Of a stretch of 64,000 nt of DNA, positions 1 to 9,822 are shown piece by piece. A program made the position numbers and the translations under genes. The stretch spans positions 8,424 through 72,423 of the forward strand of contig JAUNFB010000003.1 of assembly GCA_030525245.1 (NCBI GenBank), given 5' to 3'. Position 1 is the stretch's first letter. Each line of letters opens with the position of its first letter. The notes beneath the pieces were generated by a model, which saw only the letters and a list, made by a program, of their open reading frames with translations, was not told the DNA's origin and searched no databases. The stretch comes from Erysipelotrichia bacterium (lineage in GTDB: Bacteria > Bacillota_I > Bacilli_A > Erysipelotrichales > Erysipelotrichaceae).

Positions 1-611
1 ATACAGAGTCTCATGGGGCAATTTGTGCACCATATCATTACGAAGGCTTTCCTAAGCATGTTTGCACTTCTATTGATGATGTGGTCTGTCATGGTATACC
101 GAGCAAAAAAGTAATTCTTAAAGAAGGAATGATTATAAATGTTGATGTGTCTACGATATTAAACGGTTATTTTTCTGATGCCAGTAGAATGTTTGTGATC
201 GGGGAAACAACTGCCGAGAAGCAAAAGCTGGTCGATGTTTGTAAAGAATGCTTGGATTTGGGATTAAAACAGGTAAAACCTTATGGTCGTTTGGGGGATG
301 TCGGTTACGCGATTGAGCAACATGCGATTGACAATGGTTATAAAGTAGTTCGTGATTTCGGTGGACATGGAGTCGGTTTGGAATTCCATGAAGAACCTTT
401 TGTTTATCATTACGGAAAGAAAAACAGCGGTTGTTTATTGGTTCCGGGAATGGTATTTACCATTGAACCGATGTTAAATATGCACAAGAGCGGTGTACGT
501 ATCTCGGCTGTGGACGGCTGGACAGCTTATACAAAAGATAAGATGCCGAGTGCTCAGTGGGAGTACTCCGTATTGGTAACCGAAAACGGTTATGAGGTTC
601 TGACATATTAG
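1..611 (+). CDS. map: Methionine aminopeptidase type I (5' end lies outside the window)
   Basis: The reading frame of ORF 81..611 stays open to the window edge. VCHGIP, FGGHGVGLEFHEEP and TIEPM blocks are M24A MetAP metal-ligand regions. Confidence 0.9.
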   Translation, partial: TESHGAICAPYHYEGFPKHVCTSIDDVVCHGIPSKKVILKEGMIINVDVSTILNGYFSDASRMFVIGETTAEKQKLVDVCKECLDLGLKQVKPYGRLGDVGYAIEQHAIDNGYKVVRDFGGHGVGLEFHEEPFVYHYGKKNSGCLLVPGMVFTIEPMLNMHKSGVRISAVDGWTAYTKDKMPSAQWEYSVLVTENGYEVLTY

Positions 612-625
612 AAAGAAGGAATAAA

Positions 626-2047
626 ATGCTTTTAAAACAATCTGAATATTTGCTTAAAAATAAATCGAAGTTAAAAGAATTGATTGAAATTTTAAGTGCT
701 AAATATCAATATGTATCGGTTCTGGCAACCGATGTCGGAGGGACAAATTATTTGTATTCTCAAAAAAGAAGTATGATCAATCCTTATCGCTTTGCGGAAA
801 GAGGATTTGTCGTACGGGTATATTTAGATGGTACTTATCAAGAATATTCGTTCAATGAAATTGGTGATGTAAAAAAAGTTGCGGAGGAAATTATAACTCA
901 GTTGCAACAGCAAAATGAAATGTTGAAAGATTTGCGGATTCAAAAATATCCGACGGCGCTGATTGAAGAGGAGGAAATAAAAAAAGAATTTGCCTCTGAA
1001 ATAAGCGATACGGCGGTCAGTGCTTCTAAGGAAGAGATCATGGCCAAATTAAAAAAAGTATCCGATAAATATGCAAGTAAGGAAAATATCATTGATGCTC
1101 AAATAACTTATACCAATGTGATAATCAGCAAAATGTTTTTGTCTTTAAAGAAGGAATTGATCCAAAGTTTTGGCTACTCTTTATCTTCCGGTGCCTTAAT
1201 TGCTTATAAAGACGGAAAAACCAATTTTTTGGCTAACAGTGCCTCGGGATTTAAAGGCGTGGAAATTATTGATGAGATGGCTGAAAAACTGGATGAAACA
1301 TATGTCAACTTAATTAAATTGTTTGATGCTGAACATATAACTCCTGGTGAATATGAAGTTATTTGTACTCCCGAAGCTTCGGGACTTATTGCACATGAAG
1401 CATTCGGACATGGTTTGGAAATGGATATGTTTGTCAAAAACAGAGCGGTAGCTAAAGAACATATGCAGGAAAAAATTGCCAGTGATATCACCGATATGTA
1501 TGACGGTACGGATGGCATACAAGATACGGCATCTTATTATTTTGATGATGAAGGTGTCATTTCCGGAACCACCCAAATTCTTAAGAACGGTTATTTGGTA
1601 AATGGTATGAATGATTTATTGTCGGCATTGCGTTTAAATGTTACGCCGACAGGAAACGGTCGCAGAGAATCTTTTGAAAGAAAGGCTTATACGCGAATGA
1701 CCAACACCTATTTCGGTGAAGGTAAAGCAACATTGGATGAAATGATTGCTTCGGTTAAATATGGTTTCTTGATCAGTAACGGCCAGTCGGGTATGGAAGA
1801 TCCGAAACATTGGGGTATTCAATGCGTTTTATCCAGAGCTTCGGAGATAAAAGATGGCAAATTGACCGGTAAAGTATTTACTCCGGTTATTTTGACCGGT
1901 TATGTTCCGGATTTATTGGCGAATATTTCGATGGTCGGTACCGATGTGATTACTAACGGCAATGGCATGTGCGGTAAAGGCTATAAAGAATGGGTTGTTG
2001 TCAGTGACGGCGGTCCTTATATTAAAACGAAAGTGAGATTGGGATAA
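626..2047 (+). CDS. tldD: TldD-family metalloprotease (peptidase U62)
   Basis: 473-aa ORF with the HEAFGHGLE zinc motif and a GGxxxGxG-rich C-terminal half. Starts 14 nt after map. Confidence 0.85.
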   Translation: MLLKQSEYLLKNKSKLKELIEILSAKYQYVSVLATDVGGTNYLYSQKRSMINPYRFAERGFVVRVYLDGTYQEYSFNEIGDVKKVAEEIITQLQQQNEMLKDLRIQKYPTALIEEEEIKKEFASEISDTAVSASKEEIMAKLKKVSDKYASKENIIDAQITYTNVIISKMFLSLKKELIQSFGYSLSSGALIAYKDGKTNFLANSASGFKGVEIIDEMAEKLDETYVNLIKLFDAEHITPGEYEVICTPEASGLIAHEAFGHGLEMDMFVKNRAVAKEHMQEKIASDITDMYDGTDGIQDTASYYFDDEGVISGTTQILKNGYLVNGMNDLLSALRLNVTPTGNGRRESFERKAYTRMTNTYFGEGKATLDEMIASVKYGFLISNGQSGMEDPKHWGIQCVLSRASEIKDGKLTGKVFTPVILTGYVPDLLANISMVGTDVITNGNGMCGKGYKEWVVVSDGGPYIKTKVRLG

Positions 2048-3324
2048 TGGAAGATCTAATTAGAATTTTACAGAGTTGCCATTTGGATGATTATCAAATT
2101 GTTCAGAAAGAGACTGTATCGCATCAAGCATTCTTCATTAAGCAACAGTTAGATCAGCATCGAATCAATACGGTTACGCATACGAAATTGACCGTTTATG
2201 TTGATAATGAAGATAAGAGCAAAAGGGGAAGTTCAACTAAGGAAATTTATCCGCAAGAAACTGAGGAAGAAATCCGTCAGGATATAGAAAACATGAAATT
2301 CAATGCTTTATTGGCTATGAACCCTTATTATCCTTTAGTGGCAAAACAGACCTATCACGAAGAAAAAGAAGAATTCGACTTGGTTGATGCTTTGCGCAAT
2401 GTTATAAGTGCTGTGCAATCGATTGAAGATACTGCTACAGAAAAAATTAATTCTTATGAGATTTTTGTCAATCGTGATTATATTAAAGTAGTAAATTCTC
2501 AGGGTGTGGATATTGCCTATAACAAGACCGATGAAATGGTGGAAATTGTCATCAATTCGTTGAATAAAGATCATGAAGTTGAAGTATATCATATGATTGA
2601 AGCCGGCGCCGATCAAAAGGCAGAAGCAATTCGTCAAGACATTATGGAGGTTTTCAAAAAAGCTAATGACCGAAGTAAGGCGATTCCGGTTAAGAAAATG
2701 CATAAGATGCATGTGTTATTATCCGGAAGTGATTTAAAGGAATTCTTCAACTACTTTGCGGACAGAATCAATACTCAACTTATTTATACGGGAATGAGTC
2801 AAAACAAGGTTCACGAGCAAATTCAAAAGGGTAATGAAACAGATAAAATAACATTGAAAGCTGTAACTAAGTTACCTTGTTCAAGCATGAATATGCCTTA
2901 TAACGGTGAAGGTGTTAAAGCAGAAGATTTCACTGTATTGGACAATGGTGAATATGTTAATTATTTGGGCAATCAGATGTATTCTTACTACTTGCATTTG
3001 CCAAGTGTGAATTTTGCCGGGAACTTTATTGTTGAAGGCGGAAGCAAAACTATTGCGCAAATGAAACAAGAACCTTATTTGGACATTGTGCAGTTTTCTT
3101 CCTTCCAAGTAGATGTCATAACCGGAGATTTGGGCGGTGAATTCCGTTTGGCTTATTACTATGATGGTGAAAAAGTCATCCCGGTAACGGCCGGTTCGAT
3201 AACTGTCAATATGAATGATATTCTTGAACATATGTATTTATCCAAGGAAACGAAACAATATAACAATTGGGTCGTTCCGCAAACGGTAGAATTATTTGGC
3301 ATTGATGTTGCCGGACAAGAATAA
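2047..3324 (+). CDS. pmbA: PmbA/TldE-family partner of TldD
   Basis: 425-aa ORF whose ATG overlaps the tldD stop (ATAATG). The C-terminal half (GDLGGEFRLAYYY..GSITVNM) resembles the PmbA_TldD fold, and there is no HExxH, as expected for the partner subunit. Confidence 0.75.
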   Translation: MEDLIRILQSCHLDDYQIVQKETVSHQAFFIKQQLDQHRINTVTHTKLTVYVDNEDKSKRGSSTKEIYPQETEEEIRQDIENMKFNALLAMNPYYPLVAKQTYHEEKEEFDLVDALRNVISAVQSIEDTATEKINSYEIFVNRDYIKVVNSQGVDIAYNKTDEMVEIVINSLNKDHEVEVYHMIEAGADQKAEAIRQDIMEVFKKANDRSKAIPVKKMHKMHVLLSGSDLKEFFNYFADRINTQLIYTGMSQNKVHEQIQKGNETDKITLKAVTKLPCSSMNMPYNGEGVKAEDFTVLDNGEYVNYLGNQMYSYYLHLPSVNFAGNFIVEGGSKTIAQMKQEPYLDIVQFSSFQVDVITGDLGGEFRLAYYYDGEKVIPVTAGSITVNMNDILEHMYLSKETKQYNNWVVPQTVELFGIDVAGQE

Positions 3325-3381
3325 TAAATGAAGACTGTATTCCGAATGAATGCAGTCTTTTTCGAAAGAAAGTTGTATAAG

Positions 3382-3912
3382 ATGAGTATAAAAAAAGTTA
3401 ATCAAACAAGAAAAAATATTTTGACCGCAATTTTTGTTGCTTTGTGTGTGGTTTTGCCGTTAGCATTTCATTTGATACCTAATGCCGGTACAGTCTTCTT
3501 GCCAATGCATATTCCGATATTATTGTGTGGAATGCTTTGTGGTTGGCAATATGGGGCTGTTTGTGGGCTTTTGGGACCGTTTCTGTCATGTTTGTTGACA
3601 AGTATGCCGGCTATTGCATATTTACCGGTAATGATGATTGAATGCTGTATGTATGGCTTGATTTCCGGAGTGATGCTAAGATATTTGCATACAGGAAAAA
3701 CCTATTTGAATTTATATTTAACCTTGATTGTTGCGATGATTTGCGGAAGGGTTGCTTCCGGTATAGTTAAGTATGTGCTTTTTTCCGGTGGTTTAACGTT
3801 GAATGGTTGGATTGTTTCCGGTTTTGTTACTTGTTTTCCGGGAATACTGATTCAGTTGGCATTGATTCCAAGCATAGTTTATTTTTTAAATAAAAGTGGT
3901 ATTGTTAAATAA
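3382..3912 (+). CDS. Polytopic membrane protein, ECF-transporter S-component-like
   Basis: About 5 hydrophobic helices. The internal ATG at 3382 (MSIKKVNQTRKN..) is a more plausible start than 3328. The family assignment comes from overall appearance only. Confidence 0.5.
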   Translation: MSIKKVNQTRKNILTAIFVALCVVLPLAFHLIPNAGTVFLPMHIPILLCGMLCGWQYGAVCGLLGPFLSCLLTSMPAIAYLPVMMIECCMYGLISGVMLRYLHTGKTYLNLYLTLIVAMICGRVASGIVKYVLFSGGLTLNGWIVSGFVTCFPGILIQLALIPSIVYFLNKSGIVK

Positions 3913-3928
3913 AAAAGTTCCCAAAACT

Positions 3929-4486
3929 TTATAATGACGTTTTGGGAATTTTTTTAACGATTAATTCCGGTTTGATTTGGGATAATTGTTCAATCGTGTA
4001 TTGGTTATTCAAGTATGCCGCAGCTTCCATTCGGCTAAAAACAAGAGGAATGCGTTGGTGAATATTGTAAGTTTGTTCAGCTCGGGTTGTAATGATCGAA
4101 AAGTGATTGAATGGTTGATTGTTTTGATATATTCCGGCTAAATAAAAAGGTGTATTCTTTAATGTCATATAATAGCATTGCTTGTCATTGCTCCATTCAT
4201 AAAATCCGGAAACCGCAATTAAACATTTGTTATGTCGATAATCTTGATCGTAATAGTTTAGTTCCTTAATTGATTCGATTCGTGTATTGATTATTTTTTT
4301 AGTAAAAAGATTATATCCCCAATTCATTAATGCCGGTCCGAATTCAGTTATGGTCAGGACAATATCACCGGGAAATACTTCTCCGGTTTTTAATTCGCAT
4401 AATTGATCTTGAGTGTAATGAGTACTTAATTTCCTTTTCAGATCGGTTAAATCAATTTGAGGGTCAAAATAATAGCGTCCGCACAT
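3929..4486 (-). CDS. SOS-response-associated peptidase (SRAP/YedK/HMCES family)
   Basis: The N-terminus MCGRYY carries the invariant Cys2 nucleophile, and the WGY..../FYEW blocks are typical of SRAP. Confidence 0.85.
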   Translation of the reverse strand: MCGRYYFDPQIDLTDLKRKLSTHYTQDQLCELKTGEVFPGDIVLTITEFGPALMNWGYNLFTKKIINTRIESIKELNYYDQDYRHNKCLIAVSGFYEWSNDKQCYYMTLKNTPFYLAGIYQNNQPFNHFSIITTRAEQTYNIHQRIPLVFSRMEAAAYLNNQYTIEQLSQIKPELIVKKIPKTSL

Positions 4487-4531
4487 TTTATTATTTCCTT
4501 TTGAATAAATAAAAAGGGATTTCTTCCCTGA

Positions 4532-5410
4532 TTATTCTATGACCTCTAATATTTCCAATATCCGATTGAGTTCATCGGTATTGTGATAAGAAATATTAAT
4601 GGAATTTGCGGTTATTTTAACTTTGGTGGAAAATTTTTCCGCTAAAGTTTTTTGTACATCTTTAATGTATGGGTCTTTGCTCTTTTCATTTATTGGCTTA
4701 TTTGTGTCTTTCTTTTCGGCAGCCAATTGTTCTACTTGGCGTACACTGAGACCTTCTTTGACAGCCTTGAGAGCTATTTCACTGATCTTTTCCGGTTTTA
4801 AGGTGATTAACGGTCGAACATGACCCATTGTTAATTGATTGTCTTCCACCATTTTTAAAACATCCTGCGGTAATTTCAAAAGGCGTAAGACGTTGGTTAC
4901 ATAGGTTCGACTTTTGCCCAAACGATCGGCTAATTGTTCTTGCGTATAACCGAGATTTTGGATGAGTTTGTTATAGCCGTTAGCTTCTTCGACAATATTC
5001 AAATCTTCCCTTTGAATATTTTCCAAAAGGGATATTTCCATCATTTGTTTATCATCGAAATCCATAACAATGGCTGGGATTTCTTCTTTTCCGGCAATAA
5101 TTGATGCTTTCAGTCTTCTTTCTCCGGCAATCAATTCGTATCCGCCGATACTTTTCCTGACTAATATCGGGGTGAATACGCCGTTTTCTTTAATTGATTG
5201 AGCCAATTCTTGGAGAGCAGTTTCATCAAATGTTTTCCTTGGTTGATAGGGATTTGAACGAATGTCATGGACATTTAAAACAGTTTTACTGCCGTATTCG
5301 TCATTTTTCGCATTGTTTTGAATTTCATCAAGAACCGAGTTGACATCATCACCGAAAATAGCGGCTAAGCCTGAACCTAGGCGTTCATTGTTTTTTGTCT
5401 TTTTTGCCAT
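4532..5410 (-). CDS. parB: Chromosome partitioning protein ParB/Spo0J
   Basis: ParB box LIAGERRLKAS, an HTH (TQEQLADRLGKSRTYVTN), and a position directly downstream of parA. Confidence 0.9.
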   Translation of the reverse strand: MAKKTKNNERLGSGLAAIFGDDVNSVLDEIQNNAKNDEYGSKTVLNVHDIRSNPYQPRKTFDETALQELAQSIKENGVFTPILVRKSIGGYELIAGERRLKASIIAGKEEIPAIVMDFDDKQMMEISLLENIQREDLNIVEEANGYNKLIQNLGYTQEQLADRLGKSRTYVTNVLRLLKLPQDVLKMVEDNQLTMGHVRPLITLKPEKISEIALKAVKEGLSVRQVEQLAAEKKDTNKPINEKSKDPYIKDVQKTLAEKFSTKVKITANSINISYHNTDELNRILEILEVIE

Positions 5411-5420
5411 ATAATCTCCT

Positions 5421-6185
5421 TTAATTGTTCTTGCTGATTACTTCTTTAGCTAAGGAAGCATAGGCTTTGGCACCATCGGATTTAAGATCGTGTTCAAAAA
5501 TAGATTTTCCGTATGACGGAGCTTCCGATAAGCGAACATTACGGGGAATGTAGGATTTATATACTCTTTCTTTGAAATATTTTCTTACTTCTTGTTGGAC
5601 TTCGATGGACAGTTTGGTTCTGCCGTCGTACATGGTTAAAACTACTCCTTCGATGTATAAGTGAGGATTATACATCTTTTGTACAAGTCGAATTGTCGAA
5701 AGCAATTGTGTTAATCCTTCCAAAGCATAGTATTCACACTGAACAGGAATGATTACTGAATCGGCAGCCGTTAAAGCATTTGTGTTCAATAAACCTAATG
5801 ATGGCGGGCAATCGATGATGATGTAATCATATTCACTTTTAATTTTATCCAATTTGTTTTTCAGCAGTCTTTCGCGACCTTCTTGGTAATTAGCCATTTC
5901 CAAATCACTGCCAGCTAAGTCGATTGTTGCACCGATTAAGTGCATCGGCGGTATTTTTAAGTCGATAATGCAGTCAGTAGCTTCGCATTTTGTTAACAAG
6001 AGATCATATGTACTGTGTTTGACATCATTGCGGGCGCCTATTCCTTGGGTGCTGTTTGATTGAGGATCCAAATCCACCAATAATACTTTCTTTTTCAAAT
6101 AAGCCAATCCGGCAGCTAAATTAATGCTGGTCGTTGTTTTACCGACGCCGCCCTTTTGATTAGCCATTGCGATAATTTTACCCAT
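5421..6185 (-). CDS. soj: Chromosome partitioning ATPase ParA/Soj
   Basis: Deviant Walker A NQKGGVGKTT. The ATG at 6185 has a GAGG Shine-Dalgarno about 8 nt upstream, so it is preferred over the track start at 6200. Confidence 0.9.
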   Translation of the reverse strand: MGKIIAMANQKGGVGKTTTSINLAAGLAYLKKKVLLVDLDPQSNSTQGIGARNDVKHSTYDLLLTKCEATDCIIDLKIPPMHLIGATIDLAGSDLEMANYQEGRERLLKNKLDKIKSEYDYIIIDCPPSLGLLNTNALTAADSVIIPVQCEYYALEGLTQLLSTIRLVQKMYNPHLYIEGVVLTMYDGRTKLSIEVQQEVRKYFKERVYKSYIPRNVRLSEAPSYGKSIFEHDLKSDGAKAYASLAKEVISKNN

Positions 6186-6223
6186 ATATGTGTACCTCAC
6201 TATCTATTTTAACATAATTACAT

Positions 6224-6985
6224 TTACTTTTTGATGGTAAATGTGATGATATAATTTTTGTCGTCTTCCTCTTCTTTCATGGTTACATCGGAAGACATTT
6301 CTTTTACTTTCCTATAGGTCTCTTTAAAAGTGTTGATGATTAATTTGCTGGCAACACCGAAACATTTCAAACTGTTTTTCTTTTTTGCGGGTTGTTGGAA
6401 ATGAGATTGGACATATTCTTCGGTTTGAGAAACATTCATTTGTTTGTCCTTGATTTTATTTAAAACTTCCACTTGCTTCTTTTCGTCTAAAGAAAGTAAA
6501 GCTCGACCGTGTCTTTCGGTTATTTCTTTATTGCTGATGGCTTGTTGAACTTCTTGATTAAGATTTAATAAGCGGATTTTATTGGCGACAGTTGATTGAG
6601 TTTTACCGATTTTTTTTGCCAGTTCGCTTTGGGTTAAACCGGTTAAACGAATCATTTGCAGGTAACCATTGGCTTCTTCGATTGCCGATAAATCTTCGCG
6701 CTGAATGTTTTCGATAAGAGCTAAAGTCGCGCTTTGGACTTCACCGGCTTCGATAACGATTGCGTCGATATATTGTTTATTTAACAATTTGCAGGCTCTG
6801 TATCTTCTCTCACCGGCAATCAATTCATAACCGGTAAAAGTTTCTCTGACAGTTATCGGTTGTAATAAACCGTTTTCCTGAATTGATTCGGCCAGTTCTT
6901 GCAGAGACTCATCCTCAAAGGTATTTCGCGGTTGATATTGGTTAGGCTTGATTTGATTGATATCGATTTGTTGAAATTTTGACAT
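6224..6985 (-). CDS. noc: Nucleoid occlusion protein Noc (ParB paralogue)
   Basis: A second ParB-family protein (LIAGERRYRAC plus HTH) placed between rsmG and soj, as in Bacillus. Confidence 0.8.
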   Translation of the reverse strand: MSKFQQIDINQIKPNQYQPRNTFEDESLQELAESIQENGLLQPITVRETFTGYELIAGERRYRACKLLNKQYIDAIVIEAGEVQSATLALIENIQREDLSAIEEANGYLQMIRLTGLTQSELAKKIGKTQSTVANKIRLLNLNQEVQQAISNKEITERHGRALLSLDEKKQVEVLNKIKDKQMNVSQTEEYVQSHFQQPAKKKNSLKCFGVASKLIINTFKETYRKVKEMSSDVTMKEEEDDKNYIITFTIKK

Positions 6986-6999
6986 ATCGTCCTCCTGAT

Positions 7000-7686
7000 T
7001 TATAACGGTCTCTTTTTGATCTGCCCATAGTTACGGGGATATTTTTTTAGTGTGTTGTTTATCTTTGTGATTTTTAAAATGATTCTGGTGCTGTCTTGTA
7101 ATTCGAATTGTTCTTTGCCGCTGTATTGGCAAGATAATTCTTTAATTGCCTTGTCAGCGGATTGTAATTCTTCCAAGGCTTTCGGGCCTTTCATGGCATA
7201 AAAAATTCCGCCAACCTTGATAAGTGGCAGGCATAGCTCACATAGAATGTTTAAGGAAGCTACTGCTCTGGCGGTCACATAATCAAATTGTTGATAATGT
7301 TGACGGCAATAGTCTTCACTGCGCTGATTGCTGATGAAAATATTCTGTAAGTTTAATTGGGTAACAACTTCCTCTAAGAAACTGACTTTTTTGTTGTTAG
7401 GTTCTAAAAGAACAACTCGGATATTCGGCTTATAGATCTTGATAACGATACCGGGGAATCCGGCTCCGGTTCCGACATCGATTAAGGAAGTATTATCTTG
7501 TAATTTATCGGCTAACAGTAAGCAATCTAAAAAATGTTTAAGATAAATATCATCTTTATCGGTAATAGCGGTTAAATTAAATTTTTTATTCCATTCGATC
7601 AGTAAATCGGCATACACTTCCAGCATTTGTAATTGTTGGTCAGAAATACTGATACCATATTGTTTAAACATTTGTTGATAATCCAT
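7000..7686 (-). CDS. rsmG: 16S rRNA (guanine527-N7)-methyltransferase
   Basis: GidB-family length, the SAM motif DVGTGAGFPGI, and synteny with noc-soj-parB. Confidence 0.9.
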   Translation of the reverse strand: MDYQQMFKQYGISISDQQLQMLEVYADLLIEWNKKFNLTAITDKDDIYLKHFLDCLLLADKLQDNTSLIDVGTGAGFPGIVIKIYKPNIRVVLLEPNNKKVSFLEEVVTQLNLQNIFISNQRSEDYCRQHYQQFDYVTARAVASLNILCELCLPLIKVGGIFYAMKGPKALEELQSADKAIKELSCQYSGKEQFELQDSTRIILKITKINNTLKKYPRNYGQIKKRPL

Positions 7687-7698
7687 TTTTCACCTGTA

Positions 7699-8502
7699 TT
7701 AGAGAATGTTCTTTTCAACAAAATCCGCAAAACCTTCATGATTTACATCATAATCGGTTATATATTTGCTGGCTGCTTTAGCATCATCGCTGCCGTTTAG
7801 TAAACATACCGACATGCCGACAATTTCTAACATGCTGATATCGTTGGTCATATCGCCAAAAGCGGCGACATCATTAAGATCTATTTGATGGTCTTGACAG
7901 AATTTTTGTAATAAACTGCCTTTGCTGGCATTCTTGTTACAAAATTCTAACATTGTATATTCGGTGCGGAAAGCTGTATATCCTTCCATTTTGAATTGTT
8001 GCAGTCTCTTTTGGATTGCCGGCCAATCTTCTTCTTTAATTCTAAAACCGATTTTAGGAGCCGGAGCTTGATAAAATTCTTCTTCATTTTGGACTAAAAT
8101 GCTGTCGTGATTTTTTTTCAGATATTTTTGTGATGCTAAGGTTTTTTGATCCATTTTTCCGACATAATAAATACCGTTTCTTTCCAAATTGGGATTGCAG
8201 TCAAACGGACGCATAATATCCAAGGCTTGTTTGATCCATTGCGGTTGCATTGTGTAATACATTTTAGTGTAATTACTTATTCCGTCATATAGCTGTGAAC
8301 CGTTTAAGCCGATTAAAACGTCACATTTAATATCCCATTGTTTTTCTAAAGTATGTAATTGATCGACCGAGCGACCGGAAGCCAAACCGAACAAAATGCC
8401 TTCTTTCTGCATTTGCTTGATGTCGTTTCTGGTTCTGACGGAAACATCTTGGTGTTTCGGTACTAAAGTATTATCAATATCTGCCACAACTAATCTTATC
8501 AT
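7699..8502 (-). CDS. Cof-type HAD-IIB phosphatase
   Basis: Motif I VVADIDNTL, motif IV FGDMTNDISM, and a cap of the size expected for Cof/YidA. Confidence 0.8.
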   Translation of the reverse strand: MIRLVVADIDNTLVPKHQDVSVRTRNDIKQMQKEGILFGLASGRSVDQLHTLEKQWDIKCDVLIGLNGSQLYDGISNYTKMYYTMQPQWIKQALDIMRPFDCNPNLERNGIYYVGKMDQKTLASQKYLKKNHDSILVQNEEEFYQAPAPKIGFRIKEEDWPAIQKRLQQFKMEGYTAFRTEYTMLEFCNKNASKGSLLQKFCQDHQIDLNDVAAFGDMTNDISMLEIVGMSVCLLNGSDDAKAASKYITDYDVNHEGFADFVEKNIL

Positions 8503-8671
8503 ATCTTACCTCTCACTCTCAGCCTTATTATTATATCATAATCCGAATTATTGATAAGACATTTGTTGGTTAAATGTTACTTGTGAAAAAATATATGTTT
8601 TGAACACTGGTAAGCGTTTGCATTTTTTAATATAAATAGTATAATAAAATGCGTGTAGGGGTTGTTTTTAA

Positions 8672-9460
8672 ATGGCAATTTATGATTTATTAAGTAATTA
8701 TGTTTCTTTAAGAAGTGAAAAAACATTCAATGGATATTTAAAAGATTATCTCAATCGATATCCCAACGACAAAAATGTGCAAAAATTTAATAACTTGTTG
8801 AATATAAATGATGAAATCTGTTTGTACAGAGATTTTCCCATTAATATTGATTTAAGCAGTGCAGCCAATAAGCGAATAGATTATCGGGATATTTCGAAGA
8901 TCGGTAATGATTTTGCTTGTGCTGATTATATTATTTATTGGCAAAACGAGGAAATACAAAGAGCAATTATTTTGAGTGAGGGAAATATTATCGAAGCTCG
9001 AGGAATGTTTTATTGTTTAACCGGCAAAGAGGCTCCGTTAGAGAAAGCAGCCGATGAGTTATTGTCTTTGACAGTTGATTCTCCGGAGTTAACGGATTTC
9101 TTTATTCAGTTACAGAATAAGAATTGTAAGATTAATTCTTTACAGAGAAAGATTGACACGCTTTATCTGAATGATCCGGAACATTTGAAAGACCAATGCA
9201 TTGATTTAGCCGAAAACATTTTGCAGGAAACAAAAAAGAATTTGCCTGATCTGCCGGAAGAGGGCAAGGCTGAATTGATTAAGAGAACAATATTGCGAAT
9301 TTTTTTGATAAAAAAGACTTTGTATGTTAAATATATGGCTAATCAGAGTATTTTGAATAATCGTCACAGCGGTAACAGCAAGGAACAGAGAATATTTGCG
9401 AAAAGCTATATAGATGAAATACCTTTTATATCATTTCATGATTTATGGAATATTAAGTAA
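8672..9460 (+). CDS. Hypothetical protein
   Basis: 262-aa ORF with non-repetitive composition, followed by two hairpin/T-run terminators. No family was recognised. Confidence 0.5.
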   Translation: MAIYDLLSNYVSLRSEKTFNGYLKDYLNRYPNDKNVQKFNNLLNINDEICLYRDFPINIDLSSAANKRIDYRDISKIGNDFACADYIIYWQNEEIQRAIILSEGNIIEARGMFYCLTGKEAPLEKAADELLSLTVDSPELTDFFIQLQNKNCKINSLQRKIDTLYLNDPEHLKDQCIDLAENILQETKKNLPDLPEEGKAELIKRTILRIFLIKKTLYVKYMANQSILNNRHSGNSKEQRIFAKSYIDEIPFISFHDLWNIK

Positions 9461-9506
9461 AATTTTGCAGGGAAAAGCACCGATGAGGTGTTTTTTTCTA
9501 AAAAGA

Positions 9507-9532
9507 AAACAGGCAATGCCTGTTTCACTTTT
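9507..9532 (+). terminator. Intrinsic terminator-like hairpin
   Basis: AAACAGGC-aat-GCCTGTTT (8-bp stem) followed by a T-rich tail. Confidence 0.6.
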
Positions 9533-9660
9533 GGGGGGATAAAATATAATTTGAAATAGAAAGGATATATGAGCAAGCATTATTAACTGCTTGCGAGTAT
9601 ATGATAACAATTAATTGTCATATAATTATCAAACATGCGTGTGAAAATGTGTGAAATAAG
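9531..9660. repeat. Copy 1 of a ~130-bp tandem cassette (candidate sRNA or mini-ORF unit)
   Basis: About 96% identical to 9693..9822. Contains TATAAT (9545-9550), the hairpin GCAAGCA-n8-TGCTTGC, the palindrome ACAATTAATTGT and the direct repeat GTGTGAAAATGTGTGAAAT. Confidence 0.7.
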
Positions 9661-9692
9661 AAAAAGGAATGCGTTTGTTACATTCCTTTTTC
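9661..9692. terminator. Bidirectional terminator-like hairpin between the two cassette copies
   Basis: AAAAAGGAATG-n9-CATTCCTTTTT, with an A-run on one side and a T-run on the other. Confidence 0.65.
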
Positions 9693-9822
9693 TTTGGGGA
9701 TAAAATATAATTTGAAATAGAAAGGATATATATGAACAAGCATTACTAACTGCTTGCGAGTATATGATAACAACTAATTGTCACATAATTATCAAACATG
9801 CGTGTGAAAATGTGTGAAATAA
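9693..9822. repeat. Copy 2 of the ~130-bp tandem cassette
   Basis: Differs from copy 1 by two 2-nt indels and 5 transitions. Confidence 0.7.

Noticed and set aside
1204-1822. Several 60-104-aa minus-strand ORFs inside tldD. Similar nested ORFs lie inside pmbA, the EF-G paralogue, the GTPase-NYN gene, the LCP gene, DUF885, the acetyltransferase (29250..29692), secA and prfB.
   Set aside because: All are fully embedded in longer ORFs that have recognisable family motifs. They lack Shine-Dalgarno sequences and have skewed, low-complexity translations typical of off-frame or antisense reading.
626-3324. TldD/PmbA as part of a microcin or peptide-maturation system.
   Set aside because: No precursor peptide, immunity gene or export gene is adjacent. 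The pair is widespread as a housekeeping protease and sits here between map and a membrane protein.
4532-5410. An expected parS site (TGTTNCACGTGAAACA) within or near parB.
   Set aside because: I scanned the parB-soj-noc region by eye for CACGTG-centred palindromes and found none. A degenerate site cannot be excluded without a matrix scan.
9531-9822. Direct repeats that might be a CRISPR array.
   Set aside because: There are only two copies with a ~162-bp period. The repeats are 130 bp long, there are no short unique spacers, and there are no cas genes in the window. This is not CRISPR-like.
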